Assembly: GCF_009834535.1 (NCBI RefSeq)
Contig: NC_045696.1
Coordinates: forward strand, 87,174,001 to 87,238,000
Reading direction: 5' to 3'
DNA: 64,000 bases
Source of the DNA: Camelus ferus
Taxonomy: Eukaryota
Position numbers and translations under genes: made by a program. The notes below the pieces were generated by a model. The model saw only the letters and a list, made by a program, of their open reading frames with translations. It made no database searches and was not told the DNA's origin. Positions 1 through 12,974 of the stretch are shown piece after piece; position 1 is the stretch's first letter, and every line of letters begins with the position of its first letter.

Positions 1-290
1 CTCAGTTTGTTTTCTATGTCTTTAGGTCTGTTTCTGTTTGGTTCAATTGTTTCATTTTTAAAAATTCTGTATATAAGTGATATCATATGATACTTTTATT
101 TTTCTGGCTTATTTCACTTAGTATGGTAATCTCTAGGTCCATCCATGTTGCTTCAAATGGCATTATTTAATTATTTTTTATGGCTGAGTAGTATTCCATT
201 GTATAAATATACCACAACTTCTTTATGCAATCATCTGTCATGGACATTTAGATTGCTTCCATGCCTTGGCTATGGTAAATAGTGCTTGTA
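1..290 (-). mobile_element. LINE-1 3' fragment (ORF2 end/3'UTR), cut by window edge
   Basis: Antisense L1 3' motifs 'ttatttcacttagtatggtaatctctaggtccatccatgttgc...tggctgagtagtattccattgtat'; closely parallels 22060-22290. Confidence 0.85.
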
Positions 291-1329
291 TCTTTTTATT
301 TTAAAATGGTAGAAAATTATCAATAAATTATAAGTCCCTTAACTGAATAGGTCTTGTATTTGAGCACATTTATGATAGCCATCTAAAAGATAGCTAGCAA
401 TTTCATTTTTAAAGATATTTTAGGGTTTTATTTTTCTTTTAATTCAGTTACATCAGATACCAGAAGATTAATAAACAATATAATCTGGGCAGTGAATACT
501 GTACAATTATTATAAGCTATTGGAGAAATACAGCTATGGAATTAAAAGATACGAGATAAGCAAAGTTTTAAGAAAATCCAAGAAGATTAATTATATCACA
601 ATAAATGTTAAAATGAAGCTATCTTAAAGGTAGAAGATAGATGTTATTCTTTTTTAAAAAGTCAATAAAATGTTCTTCTTTTGGTTAGTGTTTCATTATT
701 TGTTATAACAATCTGGAATTTGAACACATTCATATCCCATTATTGTCAGGAGAATACTTACTTGATGGTATTTGCACCCTTGTGGTATTTTAATACTTAG
801 ACACATCTGTAAAGTATTTCAATAAGCTGTTGAAATTAATCTGCTCATGGCAACTGGATTTGTCATTTGCAAAGAGTTGTCATAAATGACAGTGAAACTG
901 GATTGAATCTTAGAAACTTATGTTTAAAATGTTTGGAAATTATAGTGAAAATGCAGGGTACTGTTATATTTAGCGAAAGTTTATCCATACTTTAGTATAA
1001 ATTAAGTAAACACTTGATAATATATTATGGATTTTGATAGAATGTTAACTTTGAGTGCTGTCTGTCTTTCCAAACTGTTCACAGAGAAACAATAAAATAT
1101 TTAGGTCGTTGGATCTTGTAAATCTCAAGTTCCCTGCAATTATAAATAAGCAAGTTACCATTAAATTAAGAAACAGATTTTTAAAACTCTATTGTAGTAT
1201 ATCCAAAGTATTAAAACTATTTTTAGTGCAACATCTCATTATTTCTTACCAAATTCTATTTTAGCATGAGGAGAAGAGATTGGAGTCTTCATATTAGTGT
1301 TACAGAAACTACTTTTTGCTGCCCGATGT

Positions 1330-1530
1330 AGATGGAACAAGCAAGAGCAAAAGCAGGGGAGGGGACCATATAAAAGATTATTTTATTCACTTAGTAGTAA
1401 TAACCTGGGCCAAAACATTGCATGTGGAGATGAAAAGACAGGAAGGACTTTGCAAGGTATTCAGAGTATTGAATTGGACTGTTTGGACATGCAGTTGACC
1501 AGATTAATAGGTAAGGTTCTCTGAATATTT
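1330..1530. mobile_element. Probable L2 fragment
   Basis: Purine-rich 'gtggagatgaaaagacaggaagg...attgaattggactgtttggacatg' resembles decayed L2. Confidence 0.35.
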
Positions 1531-2419
1531 AGTGTGCTAATCAGATAAAAATATTTTTAGAATAATAAACAGTAAAATAATTGAAATAAGTTCTTTTGTA
1601 AATACTGTCAATATTTCTCAGACTACCAAATAGCAGAAAGGGATAACAAGAGCAGTGCTGAATTACCAAATTGAAAATAAGGGATCTATGTAATACACCA
1701 TTATTTGTAAGTCAGGTCATCATGCTGCATACCTTGAGCTTATACAGAGCTGATTGTAAATTATATCAGTAAAGTTGGGGGAAATAAGGCACCTACATTC
1801 ATGTTTCTTCCATGTAAGCATCTGTTTCAGCCCTAAAAATGTCTTCCAGACCCCTGATGCAGTGACTATACCACTTCATGTGTCATGCCCATTTATGTTT
1901 GCAGTGAAGCTGTACTCCCAGAGCCTCAACTGCTGTTGCTTGCTAAAGTGTTTCTTCTGAACCATTTTTCTTAACATCTCATGTGATGCAATATGGTCCC
2001 TTTTCCTATTTCCAAATACTTGATGGAAGTCACATAGTTACTCTTTTCTTCCTTTAGACCTTATTCTTTCCCTCTGACAAATAATCAGGGTAAGTCAACT
2101 TTTTTTCTTCCCTTCCTTTGGCCTTATTCATTTCTTTGCTAAAACTGTCTGAGATCATTATTTTACATCAAATAGTACTTCCAGGCCATTAAGTAATAGC
2201 CATTCTTTTTTGGATGTTGTAGTTGCAAGACTGGAAGTTGATACTAATCTTCTTGAAGAACTAAAAATTTTAAGTTCACATTTCAAAGAGTGAAAAAACA
2301 GTCTGGGTTTCAAAAAAGTTAAAATCACATCAGACTGAAAAAGAAAAGAGCAGCCCTGCAGTTCAGTGAGGTTGGAAGGATAGAGAGAAAGCCAGCTGCA
2401 AAGTTATCAGAAATGTAAT

Positions 2420-2770
2420 TTCTCTCAAGGTCATGTGGTAGCTATAAAATGCTGTAACCAGTCCTTCTCAGTGATACTGCCTTTTAAACACACACAAAAC
2501 AGTGGTGCCGTTGGATGTCCTTACTCTCATGAGGGCAGCACCCTGTACTTAGTGAATTTCCCTTTCTAATCAGCGTTAGAAGCAAAACCATCTGCAACTC
2601 ACCCCCACTTCCCTTAAATTCTTCTCAAAACCTTCATTGGGAACCTAAACCTTCGAAATGACACCACTCAGCACTTTCCATAGTTCTTCTGAAGAGGCTG
2701 TGCTACTACATTAATCCATAACCCTGATTTCATCAAATTATAGGCTTATTCCTGTAATTACTGCATTTCC
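2420..2770 (+). mobile_element. Probable old ERV LTR fragment
   Basis: LTR R/U5-like 3' part 'gaggctgtgctactacattaatccataacctgatttcatc...aggcttattcctg'; family not recognised. Confidence 0.35.
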
Positions 2771-5039
2771 AATGCATGTGCATTACAATTGATTATAAAT
2801 ATCTCCACTGGCTAGGATTAATTTATGTAGTAATAGTGAATTCCTTTTCCAAAAGTTGAAATGTACATGGTTGTCAGTTTCATGCTTTCATGCTTTTGGG
2901 CTTTAGAATCTTCTAATTCATTTTCTTAGGTTTTTCTAGAAATTGGAACAACTATGAACAAAAATTAGGATACTGTTGTCTCACAGTGTTTAAAAAGTAT
3001 AAAATAAAAATTTAATTCTCTGGTTAAATGTCTCAGTCTTAGAAGGTAGATATTTTCATTGTTCAGAAGATTTTTAAAATCTTTCTTTTGAATATTTCAT
3101 TGTTTCATATTTCTTACAATCAAACTATTTTAAGAATGTTTTACCCAAGCTGTGAACCAAGTTGAAGATATCCTGCATTTGGGAAAGTAACAAATGTGCA
3201 CACTCAACAATTTTTCTACTCATAGATGGAGAATCATATTCATAGGTTCAGAATATCTCAGGAATATTGAAGTAAATAGAGTTGTAGCGAGAATTGAAAG
3301 CACCGAGTAGAAATGATTGGGTTGAGTAGAAACAACGGTTATGTTTGCAAAAATGCAAATATAAAATATCCCTAAAAAAGGTATTTAGAAGTAAAGTCAG
3401 TCAAATTATAGATTAATTTTGGTAACAATCAAAATAATTGATTAAAGATGAAGAGAACATTTGATAATTTCCTAATTTTACTGAGGGTGGTGCCAGTCCT
3501 CACAGTTTAAAGTTAGGTCTTAATAAACAAAAAATACTGGTTTTTGAATGTTTTAAAACAGTCACTAGTAAAATGTAGACCTACCTATAAAGGTGGAAAG
3601 CAACAACAACAAAACTAACCAGAAAGAAAAAAAAAAAAAAAAGAAATGAAAGCAAATTAGAAAACATTTTTTTAAAAGAATAACCTAAGATAAGTGAGAA
3701 CAGTGCTATAGAAAAGAGATTTTTACTTCGATTAGAATCTACTCACATGTATTTAAAATACTCATTATCCTCTCTTGTGATAGGATTCCATTAGTAGCTA
3801 TACCTTTATGAAAGCAGTGTACACTTAGGAGTCAAAAGTCATGCAAAAAATGAGTAACATGCAGAATCAATCTCATCCTAGAATGTCTATAGAAAATTCT
3901 TTATGCAAATAAGAGTAGGTATCATTTTGCCATATAAATATAACCCAAAACACTGTTTACATCTAACAAATCAGCTTTGAAAATATACAATATATAAATT
4001 CAAAGAAAACAGACTCCTATTGTATAAAATACAATACATAAGCTATTCATAAGAGGTATACCTAAGTGTAACATAGATATTCAAGAAATGACATATCAAA
4101 CCAGCACAAATACTTAATTTTGATATTATGAAAGTTTTTTAAAGAAATTGAAATTCAGGGTAAAAGTGATTCAATGTGGTATAAATAACTATTTTCATAA
4201 TTATAAAACTTCAAGGAAAATTAAAATAGCAATTGATGCTTTTTCTACAAAATAGCCTAGCATCAGAGTATTGTTGGAAACAATAACATATATTAGGAAA
4301 AACTTTTTACAAATCCTGTAAACAGAAACTAGATAGAAGATTAATCCTATAATTGAGGACAATGTTTATCTTGTGAGGTGAAACTTTAGTACATGTTTGA
4401 CAGCATTTAATAATATTGAGGAAAGAATGGGGAGATTTGCATAAAAAGCCAGGGCTTGAGTTGTTAGACTTTTCCAACCATGAATCAATGGTAGACTTTT
4501 TTTTTTAACTAATAAAGCCCAAATATAATTTTATTGTGCTTTAAACATTCCATTGACATTATTAAATGGTATTAAAAGTTAAATTTTGATTCAGAGAAAA
4601 ACTTTGTGTTAAAAGCCGAGTATCGAAAACCAGTGTAGATAATACAGGACTCTCAGCATGTTAGTATCAATATAAAGACAAAACTAATGGGCAAGTTTTT
4701 GCATTAAATTTGTCAAAGAAGAAAAATTTCCTGGGTTTGAAATCTGTTGGATGCTGAAAACTGAGAATTGCTATGCCCCAAATGTGTTGGCAGCTTACAT
4801 CGCAGTGGGGTAGTAGAGTGGGTGAATCTAAGAGCTGCATGTTACCAGTTTTGGCATGGAGCACCACGGGCTGAGAAGAACATTGAGGGAAGGGAGGATC
4901 ATCTTCTCTTGGACTTTGAAGAAACACTGCACATTTCTAAACTTGGGCTATTGACAGTGAATGGTGCTTAGTTTCTGGGTTTTTGTTTGGTCTACGGGTG
5001 AGCTTAGCATTTGCGTTCAAAAAGTCCTGTTTTTCAATC

Positions 5040-5220
5040 CAACAACTTTACTTGTGAAATGTGACACCTTGAGCAGGCTGTTTAAACTCTCTGAATCATA
5101 GATTCCTTGTATATAAAATGGAAATAATATTTTCTGGACAGCGTTGTTATAAGACTAAAGTAAGATATTCTTCCTAAGTTACTTAAAACAGTGATGTATG
5201 TCATCTCTATTGTCAATTAT
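5040..5220 (+). mobile_element. MIR SINE fragment
   Basis: MIR core-like 'gtgacaccttgagcaggctgtttaaactctctgaatc...ttccttgtatataaaatggaaataata'. Confidence 0.65.
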
Positions 5221-5528
5221 GATATTAAGTACAAAGAAACATTCACTAAATTTCCACAACTCTCCTAAATTGTGCATAATATTAAAGCCAACAACAAAAT
5301 TAATAAAAATAAAATTTGATAGAGCTCTAAGTATTTCAGAACATCCAAATTCAAAACTCTATGTAACTGAGTAAAAAATGCAGTCAAAAAGATAAACAGA
5401 ATATTATTTTAAAATAAAAAAATAGTGCTAACACTCAAAACTTTGTGTGAGGCAAGTGCAGAATTATATAATTCAGACAATGACTGCTGGAAACATACTA
5501 ATTAAAAATTTAATCAAAAATGATGGAA

Positions 5529-5682
5529 TAGGATGACCAGATAAAATGCTGGATACCCAGTTCAACTTGAACTTCAGATTTTTTTCTATAAATATATCCT
5601 AAATATTGATTGTCATTATTTGTCTGAAATTAAAATTGAACTCGATGTTCTTTATTTTTATTTGACATATTTGGCAGCCTTA
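5529..5682. mobile_element. MER53-like palindromic hAT MITE
   Basis: Ends taggatgaccagataaaat ... atttggcagcctta (degenerate TAGGGTTGCCAGAT TIRs); internal inverted arms 'cagttcaacttgaacttcaga' / 'tctgaaattaaaattgaactcg'. Confidence 0.8.
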
Positions 5683-6154
5683 AATAGACATCAGTGGACA
5701 TTAAAGAAAAAATAAGAATGTAAAACAAAACATGTAAATAATTATTCTAGAAATTAGCAAGTATTAACTAAAAATTTAATCTATGGGCAATTAGCATGAT
5801 AAAAGCTTGAGAACATCAATTATTTTATTAGAAAAGGCAAGTGTAAGATTGCAAAAGAAAGAAGAAATAACTCAAAGAAATAATCCAGATATTACTATGT
5901 AATGTTTGTAAAATATTATAGTGTACTTAAATTATTAAAAAGAACCCTGGAGCAGGTTAAATCAGCTATGATGATGTCAAAATGAAGGCTAAATTGTCAT
6001 TGCGGAAACAGTGAATGACAGAGGAAAACATCTATGCTGTATTACCAAGAGATAAAATCAGTGCATGATAATATAAACAAAAAAATCATAATCATGCTAG
6101 TAAGTATGTATTTGAATATAAATTGTTTACAAAATAAAAATATATCAATATTAA

Positions 6155-6331
6155 TTTTTTTAATTAAAAAATTTTTAATTGATGTACAGTCAGTTACAAT
6201 GTGTCAATTTCTGATATACCGACGAATGTCCCAGTTATGCATAAACATACACATATTCATTTTCATATTATTTTTCATTAAAGGTTATTACAAGATATTG
6301 AATATAGTTCCCTGTGTTATACAGAGAAAAC
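6155..6331 (-). mobile_element. 5'-truncated young L1 3' tail (camelid-like)
   Basis: T-rich tail then 'attgatgtacagtcagttacaatgtgtcaatttctg...aaaggttattacaagatattgaatatagttccctgtgttatacag'. Confidence 0.75.
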
Positions 6332-6850
6332 TTTCATTTAAAAATATACTTAACTAAATATACTTTCTTTTAAAAATATACTTATATAAATAAATAAAGT
6401 ATATTTTTAAATATACTTAAATATAGTTTAAATAAATGTGCTAGGTGTGTATCTTTTGTCTTTTTAAATAAGATTTTTTTTCCACAGAGAAGGATAATTT
6501 AGTCTGTTTTCTAGCATGGTTGACTAGAATCTGGTTTTTATAATTGGGATTTTTAAGAAGTTTCTTTTAACCTTACACCTCATTAATACAGTGTACATTT
6601 TTAAGATTATTGTCAAAGTTGAGGAAAATTCTACTAATTTTCATGCAGGCTGTCAGACTTCAGGGAATTTCAGGTTGTCTTATATTTATTTATCCTCATA
6701 TCTTTAGCACCAGGTGCTGAAGGCCACATTCATATCATTATGTGATGGCTGACTCTGCTCTTTAGTATCATATTGCCTAGTGAGTCAGCAAAGCACTTGG
6801 TAAGCATCCAAAAACCATCTCTAATCTGGTGTGGGTAGCAGTAATTCACT

Positions 6851-7450
6851 CTGGTAGGCAGAATTCTGAGGTTTCAGCACCTTGATGTACACACCCTGTA
6901 TAATTCCTTTCTGCTTGAGTCTGGATGGAACTGTGAATATGATGGACAGCACTCTGCTAATTAAGTTTAGTTGTATGATAAAAGAGAAGGGACTCCATGG
7001 GTGTAAGTAAGGTCCTAAATCAGTGGACTTTGACTTCATCAAAAGGGTGATCATCCTGGGTTGGCCTGACCTAATTAAGTAAGCCTTAAAGGGGACTGGG
7101 CTCTTCCTGAAGTAAGAGAGTCAGAGCATGAAGATCTAAGAAGGCCTACAGAGGGAGCTACATGGGCAAGGAACTATGGATGGCCTCTCAAAACAGAGAA
7201 CCACTGGCTGACAGGCAGAAAGACAATGGAGACCTCTGTCCTATAAATGCAAAGAGCTAAATCTTACCAGAAATCTCGTGTGCTTAAAAGAGGACCCTGA
7301 GTTACGGAAAGGAATAAAGTCAAGCCAACACCTTTATTTATACTTTGTAAAACCCTAGTGATAGATAGAACCCAGCATAGCCACGTTCAGACTTTTGATT
7401 TATATAAATTTTAGATAAAAAATCAGTACCGTAAGACTAACATAGTCACA
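6851..7450 (+). mobile_element. MaLR solo LTR, MLT1E-like
   Basis: 'ggtaggcagaattctgag...gtacacaccctgtataat...aaggtcctaaatcagtggactttgac...atcaaaagggtgatcatcctgggttggcctgacctaat' matches MLT1E-group motifs. Confidence 0.8.
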
Positions 7451-10086
7451 ATACACAGAAGTGATACAAAACCTATGCTTATATCTCCTAACCCTAAATA
7501 TATTTCTAACTTAATTTCCCCTTAGCCTGATCTTGAAAATGTCCTCGTTTCATTGTACTTGGCAAAAAAAAAAAAAAAAAAATGCAGAGGAAATACTAAT
7601 AGAATGAGATAGGAATCACCAGAGTCAAACTATTTTGACTTTATAAAAATTACACAACATGTAAGAAAATGTGAAGATGTTTCTAAACCCTCTCCTAGGG
7701 TGTTGGGAGGGGCCCATAAACATGAAATACTAAAATATGTATTATTTTAGTATTATAAGCTTTCCATGTGTCAAGCACTGGAATAAACAGTTTTGTGCAT
7801 GATCTCATTGAGTAGTTAAATCAGTGACTGAACAATAAGGATCAGAAGACAAGTTATTTTACTGTGGATCCTCTGATCCTAATTGTTATGCCATATGGTA
7901 TTGCCTAATTGCGGTCAGGTCAATTTCTCTACGTTACTGGCAGACAAAAAACCGTTAAGAAAACAAACATATGGTGGTCAATATCAAGAAACTTAAATGA
8001 AACAGTTTTAGGTTGACTTTAACATTGAGCTTTACTAATAAAGATTTTGTTCTGTTTGTTTTGATATCTTAACATTCAATAAACGTACTCAAACAAATGT
8101 ATTCATGAGCATTAAAGTCCCAGCATACTAGGCCCTGTGCTGGAGCAAGACCCAGCACGTACAGGGGGAAAGAGATTGCTAATACTGTTTCCTTTTCTAG
8201 AAGGAAAGTTGTGGACATTATGTGGATGCACCTTTTAGAAAAAACAATGTGAAACAGCATTGAAATACAAGTTTTAAGCTGAAGAGTAGTAAGAACATTG
8301 AGTCAAAATTTCTGCATATTTAAACCTTGGAGTTTTCATTAGGACAATTAAAAATATTTTCCTGGAGGAACAATTTGAATCGCAAACAACATCTGTATAA
8401 AATAATTTGTTGTTATGTTAGTTTGGTAACTGAGCTTAAATGGGATTTTCTCAGAAACTTTAGAACTTGAATTGAGAATGAGTTCAGACAATTAACTTTA
8501 AAGAAAAAGACAGGTAGAAATCCTCTCTCTTCTGCCAGGTAGACTAATGTTAAATTCATAGCATTTCATTTTTCATACTGGGAACCAACCAACATCATAT
8601 TCCTCAAAAGATAGCTGTCTGTCCATCTTTTCAATTCAGAACAAATTAAGACTCTGAAAAAAGTCAAAGAAATTGAAGCTATCCTTTTGAGAAATAGAAA
8701 CTAGATTGGATAGGGGAAACTGGGAATTCATGGAAACAATAATTCTATTTGCAGAGTTCTTAAAAGAGAAAAATGCAAATAGGATATAATTGTTAGGAAT
8801 TTTAAATAGGGAATTTATAATCTTTTAAGCAACTAGAGTTGTCAGAGAATAAAATGAAAACAATAATATGGATAAGATTGAGAGTGTCTTTCCATTTATT
8901 TATTATTGAAAATCACATAATTTAAAATCAAGTTTCTCTGTGATTTTGAATGCATTGATTTAAGACAAAAGCATCAGAACAACATAATTTGCAAAAGATA
9001 ACTTTCATAGTGATAATTCTAATTGTAAAATCAATAAATTATTTTTTGGATAATTTGTTATGTGGCTATGCTTATTAAGTTATATTAATGAAACAGATAC
9101 TAGATGATTTAATACAAATATACATACTTGAAGCCTTAAGATACATAAAGTTAAAATCAGGCAATGTTCATTGTTTGTCATTATTTTTAAAAATACTTAC
9201 ACATTTTGCATAATTTTTTTATGTTCAGCATTGATTGATAATTTGAAAAAGCTGGTATTACTAGCCCTCCATAGTGTCATTGTGTAATTGTTCAGACTTT
9301 GTAGTGGCTGCCTCTTGTAGAGGAAGCAATGCTTTCCTGCTGCCATTATGTTGCAATCTTCCCCAACTGCTTACATGCTTAGCCTTGAGGCTTTTGAGTT
9401 TGATTATTATCTTGCAGACATGCAGGCATATAAATAATTTGGGGTTAATGATAAAAATAGATATATCCTTTCTGTGATGTGTGTTTCTACAATTTGTGAC
9501 AATGTAAATGTGTTTAACATTTGGACTCTACATATAAAACAAAGAATCTTATCTCACTTGTAAGAAAATGCTTTGCATACCTCTTAGAAGCTTATAAATA
9601 TGTTAAATTATAAATATGTTAAAACTGAAAATTGTACAACTGAGTAAGCATTTATTTCCTATTTGTGCAATGCCTGGTGCCGACTCCTTTGATATGGCCC
9701 CTGATCTCCAGTAGCCTATTCTTTGTATGAGAGATATGTATATATTGCCATGAAACCAAGAGAATTTGAAAAAAACACAACACATAATTATCAAATAGTG
9801 ATGTGCTTGGAAATTATAATTTTTCTTCAAGAGGAATTAGAGAAGACTTTGTTTTAAAGGTGACACTTAATCCTTGTCTTAAAAGATGACTGGGATTGTA
9901 TCTAGTGGAGATTATCGATAGTTGAGGTAAAGAATGAGCAAAGGAAAAGAATGCAGAGAACTACCAAGTACTTTGGAGAATGGTATTTTTGTTTCTCATC
10001 TTTTAAATAAAACAAAGATGTGTATCAGAAGGTGAAAAAAGTAAATGGAGCCAGAACCAGAGAATATGACACCAAATTTTCATGGT

Positions 10087-11040
10087 GTATCAGTTAGAAT
10101 AAGTTAAATTATGCTGCAGTAACAAAAAACAATCCTTAAATCTTAGTAACTCAAATAATAGTTTATTTTTTGCTTATATGCGTATCTTGGGTTACCATAG
10201 ATAGTTTGTTTCCTGTCATGGTTAATTCTGGAAAGCTAACTCCTGTAGGTGGCATCTGTCATTTAGATTTTTTCTGGTCACTGAGGAAGGATGAAGCAAC
10301 ATAGTGAATCATTTCCTTGAAGACTCCATCTGGAAGACATATTACTTCCGTTCATAATTTATTAATAAAATCAGGCCATTTGGTCATGTCTGTTGAGAGA
10401 CAATTACCCATACATATCTCACATTTCTGCATAATATGAGCTAAGACATTTATACTTAGGTGAAGTTTGTTAGTATAAGAATACATTCCAGGATATAATA
10501 AAGTTTAGAGATGTCTTCCTCCCTGGAGGTGTTCCAGGATAGTACAGATCAACACATTTTCTTACCATTTCTGGGGAAAGATTAGTTTACCCTCCAGAGT
10601 GAAGATAAAATCTCTTTCTTTCTGGAAGGAAAGATGGGTATGTTATCAGCATCCTGATATAAGATCAAAATCTCATCAACTCAGAATTCCTCTCCTTTAT
10701 TACCTTCCAATGCGTGTGCAAATACCATCTAACCCTCACCATGTCACTCTCTGTGGATTGAGACTTGGGAACAGATGCTATGATGTTACTTTGGCTGTTG
10801 CTGCTTTTCTCATGAGTAGTAAATTCTTTGTCTCTGATCCAGACACCTCAGATTTTCTGTCAGGGTATAAATATAAAACTCTGGCAGGTTAGTTGCTATC
10901 TTGAAAATACAGTAAAACCCCAAAAATGTCACAGTTTCTGAACTAACACTAACATCATGGAGTCAGGGAAGTACAATCTTAACATGAGCCTAGAAAGGAG
11001 ATCTGGGAATAGCAGTAAACCATTGGAATGACTGACATGT
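10087..11040 (-). mobile_element. Old MaLR LTR (MLT1I/J-like), split by an LTR40-like insertion
   Basis: Left part 'tatcagttagaataagttaaattatgctgcagtaacaaa'; right part resumes at ~10943 'ctaacatcatggagtcagggaagtacaatcttaacatgagcctagaaagg'. Confidence 0.65.
10391..10942 (+). mobile_element. ERVL solo LTR, LTR40-like
   Basis: Begins tgttgagagacaattacccat...ctcacatttctgca; 'gtagtaaattctttgtctctgatccaga' and 3' 'gtaaaacccc...cacagtttctga' match LTR40-type ends. Confidence 0.7.
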
Positions 11041-11529
11041 GGAAAAGAAACTGGGGATAATTTTTTTGGTTTCTCACTATTTTATGAAAGGCATCCTGGT
11101 TATAGTTACCCTGTACTTATATTTAATACTACAGTTAGACCCAAATAAGAGAGGTTTTTAGGGGCTCTTATCTCCATTCCTATATATCACAAATGCAAAA
11201 ATATAAATGCTTTAAGAAAATTTGGAGACTTCTGTCACTTGTGTTCTGACGTTCAGCATTAGCATAATGCAGACTAATAAACATAATATTTGTTCTTGGA
11301 CTAACATCATTCAAGCCCCAAGTAAAAACTTTTCTACATCTTTTTTTCCTTGAAGCAAAAGTTGTTTATATCTGAATGGCATGAATATGCCTGGATTCTG
11401 CTGCTATATATGTTGGAAACAAATACTACTTTAGGGTATGGTGAAGATTTGTGCAGAGAAAGTACTTAAATGTAGACAAAATAATGGCCTATCCAAGATT
11501 TGCAAGGTCTAATGTCCAGAATTTATTGA

Positions 11530-11740
11530 TATATTAATTTATATAACAAAAGAAATTTTGCAGAAATAATTAATGTTAAGGACCTTGGATTATCCAGGTG
11601 GGCCTAACCTAATCACATAGACCTTGAATAAAGCAAAGGATCTTTTCTAGCTGTGACCAAAGGAGATTAAGTATCCATGGAAAATGGGTCAGAGAGATGC
11701 AGTTCTTTGTTGGCTTTGAAGATGGAGCTGGGAGACAGGA
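11530..11740 (+). mobile_element. MaLR LTR fragment, MLT1D-like
   Basis: 'aaagaaattttgcagaaataattaatgttaaggaccttggattatccaggtgggcctaacctaatcacat...gctttgaagatgga'. Confidence 0.7.
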
Positions 11741-11749
11741 ACCTAGTGA

Positions 11750-12320
11750 TGACAAATTGAAATTATAATGGAGTAATCATAGTTCAGGCATACAAAAATG
11801 GAGTTGGGTGACCATTGAGAACCTGGTCTCAGACATGTCCCTGCACCGCTGAAAGTGTAAACTTTCAGCAAACTAGAGACCAGCCATTTTAAAAACATCT
11901 GCAAGCTGCAACCTTGTGTCCTTAACATTATGTCTCATATTTGGTTGTAGCAAAATAATAAATTTTCTTGACATTAAGGCTATAAAAATGAGCTTTATGG
12001 AATAAAATAAACTGTTAATTATGTATTTCTTTTTTTGTCAGACATCTAAATATTGCTGACCCACTTCGTATATATCATATCATACACAGGAATAAATTCA
12101 ACATCCTTTGGTATTTTGCCAAATTTTAATCATATAAAAATAACTTTGTATGGATTTTTTATTTTTTCTTTTCGAAAGCATAATTGTTAAATTTGATGTA
12201 GAAAACATTACATTTAACAGCTTACTAGTATAATTTTTAATTTTAAAATGTAGAGACATATGTTAAATGGCCCTCCTTTTGTAATCCTGCAAATATTTGC
12301 AAATATTAGATGGAGGCCTA
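11750..12320 (+). mobile_element. Decayed hAT (Tip100-like) transposon 3' part
   Basis: 'gctgaaagtgtaaactttcagcaaactagagacc...aaaaacatctgc' resembles the hAT C-terminal AERSFSKL...KNYLR motif; terminal 'atattagatggaggcc'. Confidence 0.45.
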
Positions 12321-12974
12321 TATCAACTGTCGCTAAATTTAAATAGTTTCCATTAACTGACCTTGTTCACAGCTCTTCTTATTACTGTCACTTTAGGTTT
12401 TGGTCTGTTTTTTAATATTGGTATTTTGTCTGTCAAGGTTATTTTCCATTTGAAGTAGGTTCGACAACAACAAAAAAACCAGAATTAATTAGCATTTAAA
12501 CTGAAGTGATTTTGTGTATTAGAAAATTAGAAAAACTAATGGAAAATAAATATATGTGAAGTAAATATTTGTTATTGAAGGAATGACCACAATTCCATAT
12601 TCCCTTCAAAGCAACAACTAAGTGCTTTATGGGGCCTAAGAAATAGAAATCCCCATAGATAAATCTTTGTTATAGTTTCTTACTACATTACATTCAAACT
12701 CTGAATGTAAAAAATCATTAAGGAATTTGTTTTTATATATATACACACATATATATATAATACATATTATATTTTATGTGACAAGTAATAAAAACTGTAT
12801 TTCTTTAAACCTAACATCTTTCAGTAAGTATGAAATAATTCTGAATGATATGAAATTATGGGGTCATAATTTATGTGAAACTATTTATTTTTGTTATTCC
12901 TTGGATGTTCATTAAATAAAGCATCTCAAGATCAATGGCATGTTAGGGTAGATAAAATATGATAAACGATAGCT

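Noticed and set aside
4690..5010. GC-richer block with overlapping short ORFs
   Set aside because: No recognisable protein or splice structure; more likely an old repeat relic that I cannot assign
3620..7585. Isolated poly(A) runs (~3627, ~7564; also ~31652) as retrocopy tails
   Set aside because: No recognisable element body or TSD next to them
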